DNA of 64,000 nucleotides, taken from a virus (taxonomy: Duplodnaviria; Caudoviricetes). The notes under the pieces are model-generated. The model saw only the letters and a list, made by a program, of their open reading frames with translations. It had not been told where the DNA came from and made no database searches. Position numbers and translations under genes: made by a program. The stretch is taken from IMG/VR virus record IMGVR_UViG_2840842423_000001, positions 32,001-96,000 of that record. One strand, 5' to 3'. Positions 62,830 to 64,000 of this stretch are shown piece after piece; within the stretch, counting starts at the first letter, position 1, and every line of letters begins with the position of its first letter.

Positions 62830-64000
62830 ATGCGGAGCAAATTACAGTTATTGATTGAACAATTGAATCACGCCAATCATGAGTATTACAATTTGAATGA
62901 ACCTGTTCTTTCAGATAAAGAGTATGATAAGTTGTATGACGAGTTGTTACAACTAGAAAAAGAATCCAATATTTTATATTCCAATTCACCTAGTCAAAAT
63001 GTAGGCTATGAAGTTAAATCAGAACTAACAAAAGTCAAACATGAAATTCCGTTATTGTCACTTGACAAAACAAAATCATTGGATGAGTTAGAAGAGTTTA
63101 TTGGTGATAAAGAGTGTATTTTAAGTATAAAATTAGATGGTTTAGCTACTAAAATATCTTATCAAAATGGACAGTTGCGGCAAGGTTCAACGAGAGGTTC
63201 TGGAACAATAGGGGAAGATATTTCACATAATGTTAAAGTGTTTAAGAATGTACCACTGAATAGCGATGTGGATGTTACTGTTGTAGGCGAATCAATTATA
63301 ACTGACAATGACTTTAATATTATAAATGAACAATTCAATGAGGAAGATAAGTATAGTAATTCGCGTAATCTTGTAAGTGGATCTGTTCGACAGTTGAATA
63401 GTGAAATTTGTAAAGATAGACATGTGAAATTTATTGCTTATGGGATTCAAAGCAGTGATTTTAATTTCAAAAAGAGCGAGTTGGAGAGCCTAAGTAGACA
63501 AGGATTTGATGTTGTTCCATATAAATATGTCAGCAGTGAAAACTTTAGAGAAGCAGTTGTAGAATTACAATCCATTGCTAAAGAATTAGGATATCCAACA
63601 GATGGTTTGGTATGCACATACGATAATATTCAGTTTAGCAATTCATTAGGAAGTACATCAAAGTTTCCAAGGCATTCAATTGCTTTAAAGCATGATGATG
63701 AGGTACATGAGACGACTTTCAGAGGATTGGAATTGAACACAACAAGAACAGGAATTGTTTCATTGGTAGGTTTGTTTGATCCTGTGAATATCGATGGAGC
63801 TATGGTCAGTAAAGCTTCATTACACAACGTAGATATATTTGAATCATTGCAACTAGGCATAGGTGACACAATCACTGTAAGACGTGCTAATATGGTTATT
63901 CCTCAGATTATGGACAATCTAACAAGAAGCAACACTTTTAAGATACCACAGACTTGTAATGAATGTGGTTCACAGGTAGAAGTTAGAACACAAAAAGAAG
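62830..64000 (+). CDS. ligA: NAD-dependent DNA ligase (5' part; runs off window)
   Basis: HEYYNLNEPVLSDKEYDKLYDEL, PLLSLDK, KLDG, STRG, RNLVSGSVRQL, DGLV, ASLHN. Confidence 0.92.
   Translation, partial: MRSKLQLLIEQLNHANHEYYNLNEPVLSDKEYDKLYDELLQLEKESNILYSNSPSQNVGYEVKSELTKVKHEIPLLSLDKTKSLDELEEFIGDKECILSIKLDGLATKISYQNGQLRQGSTRGSGTIGEDISHNVKVFKNVPLNSDVDVTVVGESIITDNDFNIINEQFNEEDKYSNSRNLVSGSVRQLNSEICKDRHVKFIAYGIQSSDFNFKKSELESLSRQGFDVVPYKYVSSENFREAVVELQSIAKELGYPTDGLVCTYDNIQFSNSLGSTSKFPRHSIALKHDDEVHETTFRGLELNTTRTGIVSLVGLFDPVNIDGAMVSKASLHNVDIFESLQLGIGDTITVRRANMVIPQIMDNLTRSNTFKIPQTCNECGSQVEVRTQKE

Overview
64 kb of a large, low-GC SPbeta-like (Bacillaceae) temperate phage or prophage; no host chromosomal genes are recognisable. 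Left arm (1-19.1 kb, minus strand) is the head/packaging and late-transcription region: YonD-like head protein (partial), portal, a large terminase gene split into three exons by two ORF-less group I introns sitting in Walker A and Walker B, YonG, ClpP, a free-standing GIY-YIG endonuclease, YonJ/YonK, PhoH, HU, a ~207-aa helical protein followed by a ~350-nt closed, repeat-containing putative ncRNA, and the YonO-type RNA polymerase. 19.6-25.7 kb holds three tandem helicases (RecD2, SF2, UvrD/PcrA). At 26.5-28.2 kb there is an abrupt G/C strand-skew switch with two TAAATWWGCCCCC motifs 438 bp apart (candidate genome end/terminal repeat), a parS-like site, tandem sigma-A promoters and two boxA-like elements. 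These lead into ~20 kb of small early-type ORFs driven by repeated promoter cassettes. Then come an exported PIG-L deacetylase, an HTH, an antirepressor, the yopP-yopQ-yopR(mrpR) lysogeny block (no aimR/aimP seen), a second small-ORF array punctuated by TAAAA-N6-TTTTA palindromes, YopX, tRNA-Ile2(CAT) and a partial NAD-dependent ligase. All family calls come from motif recognition and synteny by eye; no searches were run.
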